DNA of 60,943 nt, filler included, from 8 parts of 8 records of this genome joined end to end with filler, not necessarily neighbours in it, one strand, 5' to 3'; shown: positions 38,897 to 49,925, numbered from the whole stretch's first letter. A program made the numbers and translations. The notes: generated by a model from the letters alone, not told the origin.

Positions 38897-39673
38897 ATGA
38901 TTAATATGTTTAATAGAAGAAGTTTTAAAGAACAAGCCAAAGCAATTTTAAAAACATCCTATTGGAAAGCATTTTTAGTATCATTAATAACACTTTTTGC
39001 AACAGGAAGTTGCAGTTCAGGTTCTAGCTCTAGCTATAACGCAGCAAATGTAAGTAATGCAAATATGAATATGTATGGTGATTTTGCAACAGGAAACATG
39101 CCAGATTTTGCTGAGATGATGCCTTTTATGATTATTTTCATTATCATCTTTTTAATAATTTTTGCGGTAGCAATTTGCTTTAGTGTTTTTGTATTAAACC
39201 CTCTTTTGGTTGGTTGTAAAAAATACTTTGTTTTTGCTTCAAAAGGTAACGCTTCTTTAGATTATATTGGCAATGGCTTTAAAAAACCAAATTATAAAAA
39301 CGTAACACTCACTATGTTTTTAACTAATTTGTATATATTCTTATGGTCTCTGTTACTTATAATCCCAGGAATCATCAAATCTTACGCTTATCGGTTTGTT
39401 CCATATATTTTAGCAGAAAATCCAGATATGAAACCGAGCGAAGCTATTGGGCTTAGCTGCGAAATCACAAAAGGCAACAAATGGAAGATGTTTGTTCTTG
39501 ATCTTTCATTTATTGGATGGTTTTTATTAGGACTCCTAGCGTTTTTTGTTGGTACGCTTTTTGTTTATCCATATTACTTACAAACAGTAGCACAAAGCTA
39601 TATGTTTTTAAGATACGGTGAACAACCACCTTTAGACGAGCAAAAGGATATTGAATACGTAGTAGAAGCGTAA
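38897..39673 (+). CDS. DUF975 family membrane protein
   Basis: LWSLLLIIPGIIKSYAY, GNKWKMFVLDLSFIGW, PYY. Confidence 0.88.
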   Translation: MINMFNRRSFKEQAKAILKTSYWKAFLVSLITLFATGSCSSGSSSSYNAANVSNANMNMYGDFATGNMPDFAEMMPFMIIFIIIFLIIFAVAICFSVFVLNPLLVGCKKYFVFASKGNASLDYIGNGFKKPNYKNVTLTMFLTNLYIFLWSLLLIIPGIIKSYAYRFVPYILAENPDMKPSEAIGLSCEITKGNKWKMFVLDLSFIGWFLLGLLAFFVGTLFVYPYYLQTVAQSYMFLRYGEQPPLDEQKDIEYVVEA

Positions 39674-39682
39674 AAGAGGTTT

Positions 39683-41005
39683 ATGGATTTATTACAGCAA
39701 AACATAGAAAAAAATGCACCGCTTGCGGATAGAATGCGACCTACAAAACTGGAAGAGTTTTTTGGTCAAGGGCATATTATAGGAGAAGATAAGCTTTTAA
39801 CAAGGGCTATAAAGGCAGATAGGCTTACTTCTTCTATCTTTTATGGACCTCCAGGAACAGGTAAAACTACTCTTGCTCATATAATTGCAAACACAACTGG
39901 TGCTGCTTTTGAAAAACTAAATGCGGTAACAAGTGGTGTAAAAGATGTAAGAGAGATCATTGAAAAAGCGGAGATTAGGCTTAAAACACAATCCACCGCA
40001 ACTTATCTACTATTAGACGAGTGTCATAGATGGTCTAAAGCTCAGTCCGACAGCATATTGCCTGCTATAGAAAAAGGGATCATAAGGTTTATAGGATCCA
40101 CAACCGAAACCCCAATGGTAGCCATGACAGATGCTATAGTTTCTAGATGCAGACTTTTTCAATTTTTTGCGCTAAGACATAACGATATAACATCCATATT
40201 AAACGCAACTCTTGCCGATAAACAAAGGGGCTTTGGAAATATGGATATTGATATTTCTAAAGAAGCAATAGATCATATTGCTGATATTGCAAATGGCGAT
40301 GCAAGAAGTGCGCTAAACGCTCTTGAAATTGCAGTATTAACGACTCCGCCAGATGATAAGGGAATGATATCCATTGACCTTGAGGTAGCGGAAGAATCGA
40401 TACAGACCAGAGTTTTGCGCTGTGATGATAGAGAATATCACAATATGCTTTCTGCTTTTTGCAAGTCTCTTCGCGGGTCAAGCTCTGATGGCGCACTGTT
40501 TTGGTTTGCAAGGCTAATAATAGCAGGCGTAGACCCAAGAGTAATTGTTAGAAGAATGATAGCTCATGCATCTGAAGATGTAGGGATTGCTAACCCGTCG
40601 GCATTAACCCAAGCAATGGCCGCAGCTGATGCCCTTGAATACAATGGGTTTCCTGAAGCAAGGCTTAATATAGCGCAGGCAATAATTATGATATGTGAAT
40701 CACCAAAATCAAATTCGGTTTGTGTTGCGGTAGATTCCGCTTTTGCTGATGCTAAAAAAGCGTATCAAGTAGAGGTTATGCCGCATCTTAGATATTCTCA
40801 TGTACGAGGAGCAAAGGAGATGGGCAACGGTGTTGGGTATAAATATGCTCATGATTATGAAAGAGGATATACGCCTCAGCAATATCTACCAGACGATTTT
40901 GTAGATAAAGAATATTACAAACCATCAGATGAGGGATATGAAAAACGTATAAAAGAGATAAGAAAATATATGAGACAGGAAAAAGCAAGAGACAAAGGAG
41001 AATAA
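39683..41005 (+). CDS. rarA: Replication-associated recombination protein A (MgsA)
   Basis: PLADRMRP, GPPGTGKT, KSLRGS, ASEDVGIA, GYKYAH. Confidence 0.95.
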   Translation: MDLLQQNIEKNAPLADRMRPTKLEEFFGQGHIIGEDKLLTRAIKADRLTSSIFYGPPGTGKTTLAHIIANTTGAAFEKLNAVTSGVKDVREIIEKAEIRLKTQSTATYLLLDECHRWSKAQSDSILPAIEKGIIRFIGSTTETPMVAMTDAIVSRCRLFQFFALRHNDITSILNATLADKQRGFGNMDIDISKEAIDHIADIANGDARSALNALEIAVLTTPPDDKGMISIDLEVAEESIQTRVLRCDDREYHNMLSAFCKSLRGSSSDGALFWFARLIIAGVDPRVIVRRMIAHASEDVGIANPSALTQAMAAADALEYNGFPEARLNIAQAIIMICESPKSNSVCVAVDSAFADAKKAYQVEVMPHLRYSHVRGAKEMGNGVGYKYAHDYERGYTPQQYLPDDFVDKEYYKPSDEGYEKRIKEIRKYMRQEKARDKGE

Positions 41006-41010
41006 ACCCT

Positions 41011-42087
41011 ATGCAAAAATACAATGCACCAGACTTTGATCAAGATATTTTTAAAAGCGCGCCAAATGCCGAGGTTATACAGGCAAAAGCCGATGGTATT
41101 ATACCAGACGAATTCCATGCAACCAGTATTTTTCCGGAATACATTAAGATTAAAGATAAATGGGAGCTTATAGCAAAATCGCGTATGGATTGTTGTGTTG
41201 TAGTTAAAGATGGCAAGCCTTATTCTGTAGAGCAGAGAAACGTCAAAAAAGACGATTTAGTGGTTATTGGGAGAAAGGACGACGCATCGCTTGGTATTTA
41301 TCTTCATTCTACTGGATTTATTAGCGATGATAAATCTTCCGATGAATTCGCTTTTAGAACCTCACGAACAAGAGAAACATCATACTCTATGGACTATGAT
41401 TCTCTATACGAACTTTTGAAATATGAAAAAGACAACGGATATATAGTTTGGGTTTTAGGTCCAGCAGTAGCTTTTGATTTCGATTCAAGAAAAGCGATGC
41501 AAAAGCTTATTGAAAATGGGTTTGTACAACATATATTTGCAGGTAATGCTCTTGCAACACACGACCTTGAGGCTGGATATATGCAGACTGCACTTGGGCA
41601 AAATATCTATACTCAAAAATCAATACCAAACGGACATTACCATCACTTACAGACGATCAATGATGTAAGAGAATGTGGAAGCATAAAAAACTTTATAGAG
41701 CAAAAAGGTATAAAAGACGGTATTATGTATGCTATGGAGAAAAACAATATCGGATATATATTGGCAGGCTCAATAAGAGATGATGGTCCTTTACCAGAAG
41801 TTATATCTGATGTATATAAAGCACAAATGGAGATGAGAAAAATTGTCTCTAACGCTACTACAGTTATTGGGCTTGCAACACAGCTCCATACAATAGCTAC
41901 AGGAAACATGACACCAAGTTATGTAGAATATGACGGTGTTCTTCGCTCTGTTAACTTTTATACTGTAGATATTACCGAATTTGCAGTCAACAAGCTTCGT
42001 GACCGAGGATCGCTAGCTGTAAAATCTATTGTGACCAATGTCCAAGACTTTTTGGTTCATATTGAAAATGGACTTGGTTTAAAGTAA
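41011..42087 (+). CDS. TIGR00300-like protein (LOR/SDH; ArgZ/AgrE C-terminal ornithine cyclodeaminase-like domain)
   Basis: MDC, GPAV, AGNALATHD, GHYHHL, LAGSIRDDGPLP, LHTIATGNMTP, KLRDRGS. Confidence 0.8.
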   Translation: MQKYNAPDFDQDIFKSAPNAEVIQAKADGIIPDEFHATSIFPEYIKIKDKWELIAKSRMDCCVVVKDGKPYSVEQRNVKKDDLVVIGRKDDASLGIYLHSTGFISDDKSSDEFAFRTSRTRETSYSMDYDSLYELLKYEKDNGYIVWVLGPAVAFDFDSRKAMQKLIENGFVQHIFAGNALATHDLEAGYMQTALGQNIYTQKSIPNGHYHHLQTINDVRECGSIKNFIEQKGIKDGIMYAMEKNNIGYILAGSIRDDGPLPEVISDVYKAQMEMRKIVSNATTVIGLATQLHTIATGNMTPSYVEYDGVLRSVNFYTVDITEFAVNKLRDRGSLAVKSIVTNVQDFLVHIENGLGLK

Positions 42088-42283
42088 AACCTTTATGATA
42101 TTTATTATCCTATTGAAATACTAAAAGTTTTTCAAGTATATACTTTTTCTATAGTCTAATGTGATTTTTTATTTGTATATATTCTGTAAAGGGAGTTTAG
42201 TTTCATTGACAATAAAGCTTTTACTGTGATAGCCTTTAATAAATACCTATATATATAAAGAAGAAAAGCAAGGGTTAAAACTT

Positions 42284-42916
42284 ATGAGAAAAGTAGTACT
42301 TATATCTTTAATAATAATATTGATTTTAGTTGGGTGTGAAGATACTAATAAAGACATTGCGCAAAGTGATGACACAACATCTTCTGCGTTTGATGATTTT
42401 GTCCAAATCACCCCTAGCACACAGTCAGATACTGAATCCTCGCAAATTGAACAAGATGTGGAACAAGGTGTAGATCAAGATGTAGATCAAGAGCTGCCTG
42501 TTTCTGATATGAATCAGAAAACTGACGGGGAATTTGTTTTTACCGAAGACCATAATAAAGTAGATATAAATATGAAAGAAAATATCTATGTAGATATGTT
42601 TATAGATATTATGATGAACGCCGATAATTATCTTGGCAAAACAATTCGCGTCGAAGGAATGTATACAGTATATGCATATGATGATGGAAGTAGCTATAAT
42701 TATGTATATAGAAACGGTCCTGCTGGATGTCCTTGCTGCGGCGGATCTTTTTATGGTATAGAATTTACTTGGGATGAAGAATTGCCAAAGGAAAATGATT
42801 GGATAGAAGTTGTTGGTGTTTTAGATGAATATACAGAAGATGGTTTTTCTTATTTAACACTAAGAGGGATTTCTGTTAAGGTTTTAGATAAGCGCGGAAA
42901 AGAAGATTTATCATAA
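42284..42916 (+). CDS. Lipoprotein with CPCC motif and DUF1980/YcgQ C-terminal-like domain
   Basis: Lipobox LVGC; xQDV/xQGV repeats; YLGKTIRVEG, RNGPAGCPCC, ENDWIEVVG. Confidence 0.65.
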   Translation: MRKVVLISLIIILILVGCEDTNKDIAQSDDTTSSAFDDFVQITPSTQSDTESSQIEQDVEQGVDQDVDQELPVSDMNQKTDGEFVFTEDHNKVDINMKENIYVDMFIDIMMNADNYLGKTIRVEGMYTVYAYDDGSSYNYVYRNGPAGCPCCGGSFYGIEFTWDEELPKENDWIEVVGVLDEYTEDGFSYLTLRGISVKVLDKRGKEDLS

Positions 42917-42967
42917 TAAAACAATTCTCCATATTTTATATAAAAAATACTGATATACTTATACTTG

Positions 42968-43001
42968 AAAGATATTAATACGCCAAATTAATATCTTTTT
43001 T
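42968..43001 (+). terminator. Probable terminator
   Basis: AAAGATATTAAT-acgccaa-ATTAATATCTTTTTT. Confidence 0.6.
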
Positions 43002-43115
43002 ACATTTTACCACCAAAGGAATATATAGCTTTTTTTGCCAAAATAAATTAATACGATAATTTTTACTTTTTTATGATATAATTAGTATAATTATCTACAT
43101 TGGGGTAAAACTAGC

Positions 43116-46079
43116 GTGAAACGGTCTTTGATTATACTAATCATAATAATTTTTATTGTAACTGGTTGTTCTGCAAAAAATACTAATTCGCATTATTCTG
43201 AAAGCACATTTGCTAATGCTAATTTTTTAGAGCTTTCTTATACTGATTTAGTTACTCATTATAATGACTTGTGTGATATCACCCCTTCCGACTTAGATTT
43301 ATCAGATGAAGAAAAGAAAGTTTTAGCATCTTATAAGGGTAAAACACTTGTCTTTGCCAAAACTCAAAATGAATTTTGTTATGGCACGATTGACGGTATT
43401 GATATTGGAACAAACACCTTATATATAAGTCTTCTTAGCAAAGTTTTTGGTTTCAAACCAGAATATAAAATTTACCCTTCGTTCGACGAAGCAATAAAAA
43501 GCGTACTCGAAGGCGAATGTGATTTTTCATTAGATGTTTTTTCATATCAAATACTTAAACAATATTTAGACTTTAGCACTCCTATATCCAATCAAACATA
43601 TATTTTATTTGGCACCTCTTTTGACCATTTAGAAAAAGATATTAAAATTTTGAATGGATGTAAAATAGGATATAAAAGAGGAAAGTCATTTGAAGATTTT
43701 GAAAGCAAACTGGAGCTTTTAAATATAGATGTAGAGTTAATATCTTATCCATCGTTTGATGATGTTGCTTCGGCAATTACTTCCAACGAAATCGACTATT
43801 CAATTGGCACCGAATCTTGTTCCACTCACTTTCATAACATAGGTATAGATTCTTATTATCTTTCAAATGTAATAAACTGTCCTCCTGCTTTTGCTGCATC
43901 AAAAAAAGGAAAACATACCGAATTTTTAGGTATTATGTCAAAAGCAATAGATGCTCAGCTTTTTGATATAATAGACTCTTATAAAAATGATATATATAAA
44001 AAACTAAAAGTTGATAGCTTAAACTTCACCAAGCAAGAACTAGAACTTATAAATAGCGGACAGTCTGTTAAGATGTTTTTGCCGATTATACAGGACGATT
44101 TAGAAGCATCGGGAGTAATTTCACTATACAACTTTATGTTAGTTGTTTTACAAGAAGCATCAAATATTGCTGGTATAGAAGTTAAACCAGTTTTTAATCA
44201 CGAAAAAAACAATAAAAAAACGAGCATTATAGACGGAGATAGTACCACAACTTCTATATGGTATTTTGGCGAAGAGCAGGAAGGGGTAGTTTTTACCGAA
44301 CCATTTATCGAATCAAAAATAATTATAACAGGTCTTGACGATAAAGAAGCCATTAATGATTTTTCATATTTTGATGATAAACGTATAGGGGCTATAAACA
44401 ACACTAAAATTTCAAACGTTCTTACACACTATCTTCCAAAATCTCATATTGATGACGATTATTATAGTGTATCTCAGACAATCAGTGCTTTAACAAGTGG
44501 CAAAGTCGATTTTATTCCTCTAACAGAGCTCAGCTACCTTTCTTTAAACGAGCAAGGAAGAGATTATTCTTTGATAAATGTATTTGAAACAGAAATTTAT
44601 CAAAGTATCGCTTTCGCGTTCAACGATACCCCCGAGGGAAGGCTGTATGCAAGTATTTATTCTAAACTGTTTTCGTTAGTTGACGTTGATTATTTAAAAT
44701 CGCAGCATTTAGATTATTACATTTCTATGGAAAACATCCACGACAAAAGTAACCGACGTATTCTTTTTATGGTAAGTATAACTCTTGGGTTATCGCTGAT
44801 AATATTTTTATTAATTGCTCTTGCTTTTATTGATAAAAACAGAAACGAACTGGCAAAACAAGCACGTATAGATTTTCTGACTGGTCTAAAAAACAGATAT
44901 TCTTTTGATTTGTCTTGTAAAATGCCGTTAGAATATGATGAAGCTGTGCTTTTTATAGATTTAGACAAGTTTAAGCAAATAAACGACTTATACGGCCACC
45001 ATTTCGGGGATTTAGTTTTGACTAACTTTGCAAAGAGCTTAAGTGTTTTTGATACCGAACACATCTACAGAATGAGCGGTGATGAATTTATTGTTATCAC
45101 TAAAAATATCGACCTTGATAATGTGGACGATTATATCGAAAGCATTGAGATAGCTGTTTTTGATGAAGCAACCAAGAACAACGTTACTTTAAGCGTAAGT
45201 GTCGGTATAATTGCGCCAGGACTTATATCCAGCAAAGAACATGCTGTTATAGTTTCTGATTACGCTATGTATGAAAACAAAAGATCGGGCAAAGAAAAAT
45301 ACACATACGTAGACAAGGAAAAATACTGTGAGATTGAAGAAAGCTATAAGTTAGAATCACAACTTTTAGATGACTTAAATGCCTCTAAGCTTTATTGCGA
45401 ATACCAACCTATCATCGATGTTAATACAAATAAAATAATTAGCATAGAAGCTTTAACCAGATGGAACAACAATGGTGTTATGATTCCTCCAACTGTATTT
45501 TTACCAATTGCCGAAAAGTTAAACTTAACTCACGAGATTGATCTAAATTGTTTTAATCAAGTTAAAAAGCTATATAAATATTTAAATGAAAATGGATTGT
45601 ATGATGGAAAATGTACTTTTTCTATAAACCTATCTCAAGAAAGCCTTCTTACAATTTGTGATGTTTTATTAGATGACGAAGAGATCCCAAAAAACAAAGT
45701 GCAGCTTGAAGTTGTTGAAAGTGTTACGCTTAACAAAACAACATTTGATAAAATAATGTGCCTGCATAGTGTTGGGTATATTATAGCTATAGACGATTAT
45801 GGTTCTGGTCAATCTTCAATCCCATTAATTGAATCAGATGTTTTTCAAACTATCAAACTGGACAAAGGTTTACTTGCACTAAAAGACCTTAATCAAAGCT
45901 TGATTCCTAACCTTTATGAGATGTTTAATGTTATAGGGAAAAATGTTGTAATCGAAGGTATTGAAACAGAAAGACACTTTGATTTTATAAAGAAAACAGG
46001 GATTGATTTTGTTCAAGGATATTACTATTATAAGCCTATGGCAAAAGCCAGTATAGTTGAACTATTAAATAAGAAATAA
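43116..46079 (+). CDS. Membrane-anchored GGDEF-EAL protein with two substrate-binding (PBPb-like) sensor domains
   Basis: DFLTGLKNR, FKQINDLYGHHFGD, SGDEF; YQPI, EALTRW, IDDYGSG, KLDK, EGIET, QGYYY. Confidence 0.9.
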   Translation: MKRSLIILIIIIFIVTGCSAKNTNSHYSESTFANANFLELSYTDLVTHYNDLCDITPSDLDLSDEEKKVLASYKGKTLVFAKTQNEFCYGTIDGIDIGTNTLYISLLSKVFGFKPEYKIYPSFDEAIKSVLEGECDFSLDVFSYQILKQYLDFSTPISNQTYILFGTSFDHLEKDIKILNGCKIGYKRGKSFEDFESKLELLNIDVELISYPSFDDVASAITSNEIDYSIGTESCSTHFHNIGIDSYYLSNVINCPPAFAASKKGKHTEFLGIMSKAIDAQLFDIIDSYKNDIYKKLKVDSLNFTKQELELINSGQSVKMFLPIIQDDLEASGVISLYNFMLVVLQEASNIAGIEVKPVFNHEKNNKKTSIIDGDSTTTSIWYFGEEQEGVVFTEPFIESKIIITGLDDKEAINDFSYFDDKRIGAINNTKISNVLTHYLPKSHIDDDYYSVSQTISALTSGKVDFIPLTELSYLSLNEQGRDYSLINVFETEIYQSIAFAFNDTPEGRLYASIYSKLFSLVDVDYLKSQHLDYYISMENIHDKSNRRILFMVSITLGLSLIIFLLIALAFIDKNRNELAKQARIDFLTGLKNRYSFDLSCKMPLEYDEAVLFIDLDKFKQINDLYGHHFGDLVLTNFAKSLSVFDTEHIYRMSGDEFIVITKNIDLDNVDDYIESIEIAVFDEATKNNVTLSVSVGIIAPGLISSKEHAVIVSDYAMYENKRSGKEKYTYVDKEKYCEIEESYKLESQLLDDLNASKLYCEYQPIIDVNTNKIISIEALTRWNNNGVMIPPTVFLPIAEKLNLTHEIDLNCFNQVKKLYKYLNENGLYDGKCTFSINLSQESLLTICDVLLDDEEIPKNKVQLEVVESVTLNKTTFDKIMCLHSVGYIIAIDDYGSGQSSIPLIESDVFQTIKLDKGLLALKDLNQSLIPNLYEMFNVIGKNVVIEGIETERHFDFIKKTGIDFVQGYYYYKPMAKASIVELLNKK

Positions 46080-46081
46080 AA

Positions 46082-46148
46082 AAAGTGATAACGCAAATTT
46101 TTTTGATATAAATCCTAAAAAACGCATTATCACTTTATTTTTTTATTC
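46082..46148. terminator. Inverted repeat between convergent genes (likely bidirectional terminator)
   Basis: AAAGTGATAA...TTATCACTTT with A/T tails. Confidence 0.5.
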
Positions 46149-46149
46149 T

Positions 46150-47319
46150 TTAAGCTAAAGCTTTTACAACATCTTCATAAGATACGACACCGCGAACCTT
46201 ACCAGTCGAATCCGTAATCGCGACATCATAGTTGCTTTCATCAAGCATTGACCAAGCATCGCATAAAAATTCGTTTCGCTTTAAGCTTTTAGAGCTTTTT
46301 ACAAAATCATCTTTTATTGTTTCGTTTTTAGAAACCTTAAGTTTTTCAAGCTCTACATATCCTAAAAGTTTAGAAGCTTCATCCGTAACAAAACAATATT
46401 CCATTTCATTAGCTTCAAGGCTTTTTATTATCTCAGATGTCTTAGAACCCGCTTTTGCTAAAGCTTTTGGTTTTCTCATAACAGCTTTTAACCGAACGAT
46501 TCTAGATTTATCCACATCTTCAATAAAGCTTTTAACATATTCATCTGCAGGGTTTTCAAAAAACTCCATAGGTTTGCCTATTTGCACAAGCTCACCATCT
46601 TTTAAAAGTGCAATTCTATCACCCAATTTAAAAGCTTCGTTCATGTCGTGTGTTATAAACACAACCGTTTTATCCATATAATCTTCAAGATTCAAAAGCT
46701 CTGTCTGCATCTCACGACGAATAAGTGGATCTAACGCACTAAAAGGTTCATCCATAAGCAAAAGCTCTGGTTCGTTTGTAAGTGCTCTTGCAAGCCCTAC
46801 TCTTTGCTTCATGCCTCCGCTTAGCTGATAAGGATAGTATTTTTCCCATCCACTTAGTCCAACAAGCTCAATAGCATTCATAGCTTTTTCTTCGCGCATC
46901 TTTTCAGGCATGCCTTGAACCTCTAAGCCATACTCAACATTACTTAAAACGTTTCTGTGGCTTAAAAGACCAAAGTGTTGAAAAACCATAGCAACTTTGT
47001 TGCGTCTAAATTCTCTAAGTTGTTCTTTGTTATATTCACAAATATTTTCGCCATCAACAAGAACTTTGCCTCTTGTAGGAACATTCAGCATATTAACACA
47101 TCTAATGAGCGATGATTTTCCGCTGCCTGATAAACCTACTATAACAAACATCTCTCCTTCGTCAATATCTATGCTAACTTTATTAACACCAACTGCGCTT
47201 CCTGTCTTTTCTCTAACTTCTTGAATCGAGTGATTATTATCAAGCATCTCGAGAGCTTGTTTTTTTTGTTTACCAAACACCAATACAAGATCTTTAATTT
47301 CAACTTTTTTATTATCCAT
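46150..47319 (-). CDS. opuAA: Glycine betaine/proline ABC transporter ATPase with CBS domains
   Basis: GLSGSGKS, LSGGMKQRVGLARAL, MDEPFSALDPLIR. Confidence 0.9.
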   Translation of the reverse strand: MDNKKVEIKDLVLVFGKQKKQALEMLDNNHSIQEVREKTGSAVGVNKVSIDIDEGEMFVIVGLSGSGKSSLIRCVNMLNVPTRGKVLVDGENICEYNKEQLREFRRNKVAMVFQHFGLLSHRNVLSNVEYGLEVQGMPEKMREEKAMNAIELVGLSGWEKYYPYQLSGGMKQRVGLARALTNEPELLLMDEPFSALDPLIRREMQTELLNLEDYMDKTVVFITHDMNEAFKLGDRIALLKDGELVQIGKPMEFFENPADEYVKSFIEDVDKSRIVRLKAVMRKPKALAKAGSKTSEIIKSLEANEMEYCFVTDEASKLLGYVELEKLKVSKNETIKDDFVKSSKSLKRNEFLCDAWSMLDESNYDVAITDSTGKVRGVVSYEDVVKALA

Positions 47320-47327
47320 TATTCAAA

Positions 47328-48185
47328 TCACTCCGTATCCTTCAATTTATCAGCAAAGCCCTGCAACAGTCTGTCCATTACTATTGCCAAAAATACAATA
47401 GCAATACCAGCTTGAAAACCCCTTCCAACTTCTAAACGTCTAATAGAAATCAAAACTTCTTCGCCAATACCTTCAGCTCCAATCATAGAAGATATTACAA
47501 CCATAGCCATAGCCATCATCATTGTTTGGTTTATTCCTGTCATAATAGCAGAAAGTGCTTGAGGAAGCTCGATCTTAAAAAGCATCTGCATAGGAGTTGA
47601 CCCAAAAGACAACCCCGCTTCTATAACATCTTTTTTAATATTTGATATACCAAGGTAGGTAAGCCTTATAAGCGGTGGTAAAGCATATATTGTTGTTGCA
47701 AATACAGCAGGAACCTTACCAAATCCAAACAGCATTACTGCTGGAATTAGATATACAAAACTTGGCATAGTTTGCATAGCATCCAAAATAGGAAGTAAAG
47801 CTTTTTTTGCACCTTCTGATTTTGCCATAAGTATACCTAACGGCAGACCTAATACAAGCGTTACAATAACGGATATTATCACTATCGCTAAGGTATATAT
47901 CATCATCTCCCATAATCCGAAGAGACCTATAAACAAAAGCATTATAGCAAGTCCAATTCCTCGCTTTAAGTTATATAATTTCCATCCACTAATAAGCACA
48001 GCAATAATCAAAAGCCACCAAGGAATTATACCCAAAAACCATTCAACACCAGAAAATATCGCTAGTATAAACGAACTAACTCCATCAAAAAATGCATCCC
48101 AGTTTTTAAGCATCCAAGAAACAGCATTATCTATTGGATCAGTTATTTCAAATCTTAATCCTTCTGGAAAACTAAGCATTACCAA
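47328..48185 (-). CDS. opuAB: Glycine betaine/proline ABC transporter permease
   Basis: PILDAMQTMPSFVYLIP, PPLIRLT, GINQT. Confidence 0.9.
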   Translation of the reverse strand: MVMLSFPEGLRFEITDPIDNAVSWMLKNWDAFFDGVSSFILAIFSGVEWFLGIIPWWLLIIAVLISGWKLYNLKRGIGLAIMLLFIGLFGLWEMMIYTLAIVIISVIVTLVLGLPLGILMAKSEGAKKALLPILDAMQTMPSFVYLIPAVMLFGFGKVPAVFATTIYALPPLIRLTYLGISNIKKDVIEAGLSFGSTPMQMLFKIELPQALSAIMTGINQTMMMAMAMVVISSMIGAEGIGEEVLISIRRLEVGRGFQAGIAIVFLAIVMDRLLQGFADKLKDTE

Positions 48186-48208
48186 TCAGTCCTTTCTGTA
48201 AATAATAT

Positions 48209-48551
48209 CTATTCAGCAGCAAGAGCAGCAGAGATTTTTTCAGCTGCATCTTCAGAAACCCAGCTTTTCCATAGCTCTTCGTTTTGTTGCAAGAACCACT
48301 TAGCAGCATCAGAAGCTTCAACTTCGTTTTCTTGCATGTATCCAAGAGCATCTGAAGTTAATTGTGATGTAGTGTTATATTTCTTTGCAAACTCAGCAAC
48401 TTCTGGGTATTCTTCAATAAATTCTGGAGTACCCGCAACTGTAACTCTAACTGTTGAAAATGATCCTATTCCTTGTTCATAATCTTCTGGTGAGTAAGCA
48501 GAATCTTCCAACAATGTCATGTCATACATACCCATTATCCAAGTTGGTTCC
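48209..48551 (-). CDS. opuAC: Glycine betaine ABC substrate-binding protein, C-terminal fragment
   Basis: EPTWIMGMYDMTLLE...AAKWFLQQNEELWKSWV; operon context. Confidence 0.75.
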
Positions 48552-48651
48552 NNNNNNNNNNNNNNNNNNNNNNNNNNNNNNNNNNNNNNNNNNNNTTAAT
48601 TAATTAANNNNNNNNNNNNNNNNNNNNNNNNNNNNNNNNNNNNNNNNNNNN
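48552..48651. other. Artificial contig spacer 7
   Basis: N44-TTAATTAATTAA-N44. Confidence 0.99.
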
Positions 48652-49184
48652 AAAAGTCGCGCCGTTTTTTTATTGATCATTTCAAAATATTCATCCAGAG
48701 ATACTGTTTCCCGCTCTTCAAATTCTTTGTCCAAAGCCTGCCCTTCACATATTTCAAGTATGCCACTGGAAAATCGTGTCAATATTTGTGATAAATGTGG
48801 TGATTGGGTATTGGCCAATATTAAATACGCCAAGGCAAAAAGGCCATCGCCAGACAGAATAGCAACATTTTCGTTCCATTTTTTATGGATTGTCTCTCTT
48901 CCACGCCGCCAATCATCATGATCCATAATATCATCATGAACGAGGGTAAAATTGTGGACAAGTTCCAATGCTGTGGCCGCATCCAGAGCACCTTTCATAG
49001 TTCCGCCAACCGCCTCACAGGACAAAAGAAGCAGCACAGAGCGTAATTTCTTTCCTCCGGAAGAGACCGAATAAGTCATGGGATCATATAGAGAGGCGGG
49101 TTTTTTATCCTTTAGATACAAATACATTTTTTCAGACACGAGAGATTTTAATTCGGAAAGTTTTTTATCAAATGCTTCTGACAC
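48652..49184 (-). CDS. Polyprenyl (GGPP-type) synthase, 3' truncated
   Basis: GGKKLR, HNFTLVHDDIMD...RRG (first aspartate-rich motif), GD, EGQALD, KTA. Confidence 0.92.
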
Positions 49185-49277
49185 GGAAAGCTTTTCCTTT
49201 ATCTGGTTAGTAATGGTGTAAAAACGATGCCTCAAAAATACGATAAAGGCCCCTGAGAATCAAGGTATTTCTCCACT

Positions 49278-49314
49278 AAAAAAGCCTTCACGAGGATTGC
49301 GTGAAGGCTTTTTT
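49278..49314 (-). terminator. Rho-independent terminator after the pentapeptide gene
   Basis: AAAAAAGCCTTCACG-aggattg-CGTGAAGGCTTTTTT. Confidence 0.9.
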
Positions 49315-49338
49315 AGGATTAAATATGTCAAAACAGAA

Positions 49339-49914
49339 CTAGTTCAAACCAATTGTTCCGTTCAAATTAGCACCATTAAAATTGGTATTATCTGTTTTTG
49401 CATTCGTAAATGAGGCCTGGGTCAAATCAGCATCAACCAGTGATGCTTCTGTCAAATCACTTCTCTCAAGATGAGCGTTGTTTAGTTTAGCTCCATCAAG
49501 CCTTGCTCCCTTTAAAAAAGCACGTTTTAACCTGGCCCGGGTCAAGTCACTTTCAGACAAATCTGCTTTTTCAAGGCTGGAACCAAGAAGCCGAACATGA
49601 ACCATGCTGGCTTTTTTAATGCTTGTCTGATCAAGATTTGTATCCTGTAAATTTGTTTCATTTAAAAGCGCGTTATCCAATCTGGCACTAAAAAGATTGC
49701 ACCCAAACATAAAAGCACTTTCCAGATTTGCGCCGCTAAAGTTCGCGCCCTCCAAATTCGAATTTTGTAAATGCGCGGCTTTGAGGTTCGCTCCGGAAAA
49801 ATCGACTCCCCTTAAATTCTCATACGATAAATCAACCTCACTCAAGTCAAGACCTGCCAAGGATTCTCCATTCTTAATTTTATCCAATAGCTCTACTCTC
49901 GATAACTCCGACAT
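49339..49914 (-). CDS. Pentapeptide repeat protein
   Basis: Continuous A(D/N)LxX repeats. Confidence 0.92.
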   Translation of the reverse strand: MSELSRVELLDKIKNGESLAGLDLSEVDLSYENLRGVDFSGANLKAAHLQNSNLEGANFSGANLESAFMFGCNLFSARLDNALLNETNLQDTNLDQTSIKKASMVHVRLLGSSLEKADLSESDLTRARLKRAFLKGARLDGAKLNNAHLERSDLTEASLVDADLTQASFTNAKTDNTNFNGANLNGTIGLN

Positions 49915-49925
49915 AAAAGTCTCCT

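Noticed and set aside
5153..48651. Recurrent TTAATTAATTAA motif as a biological repeat
   Set aside because: It is always centred in N-runs: an artificial six-frame-stop linker. ORFs running into it have false ends.
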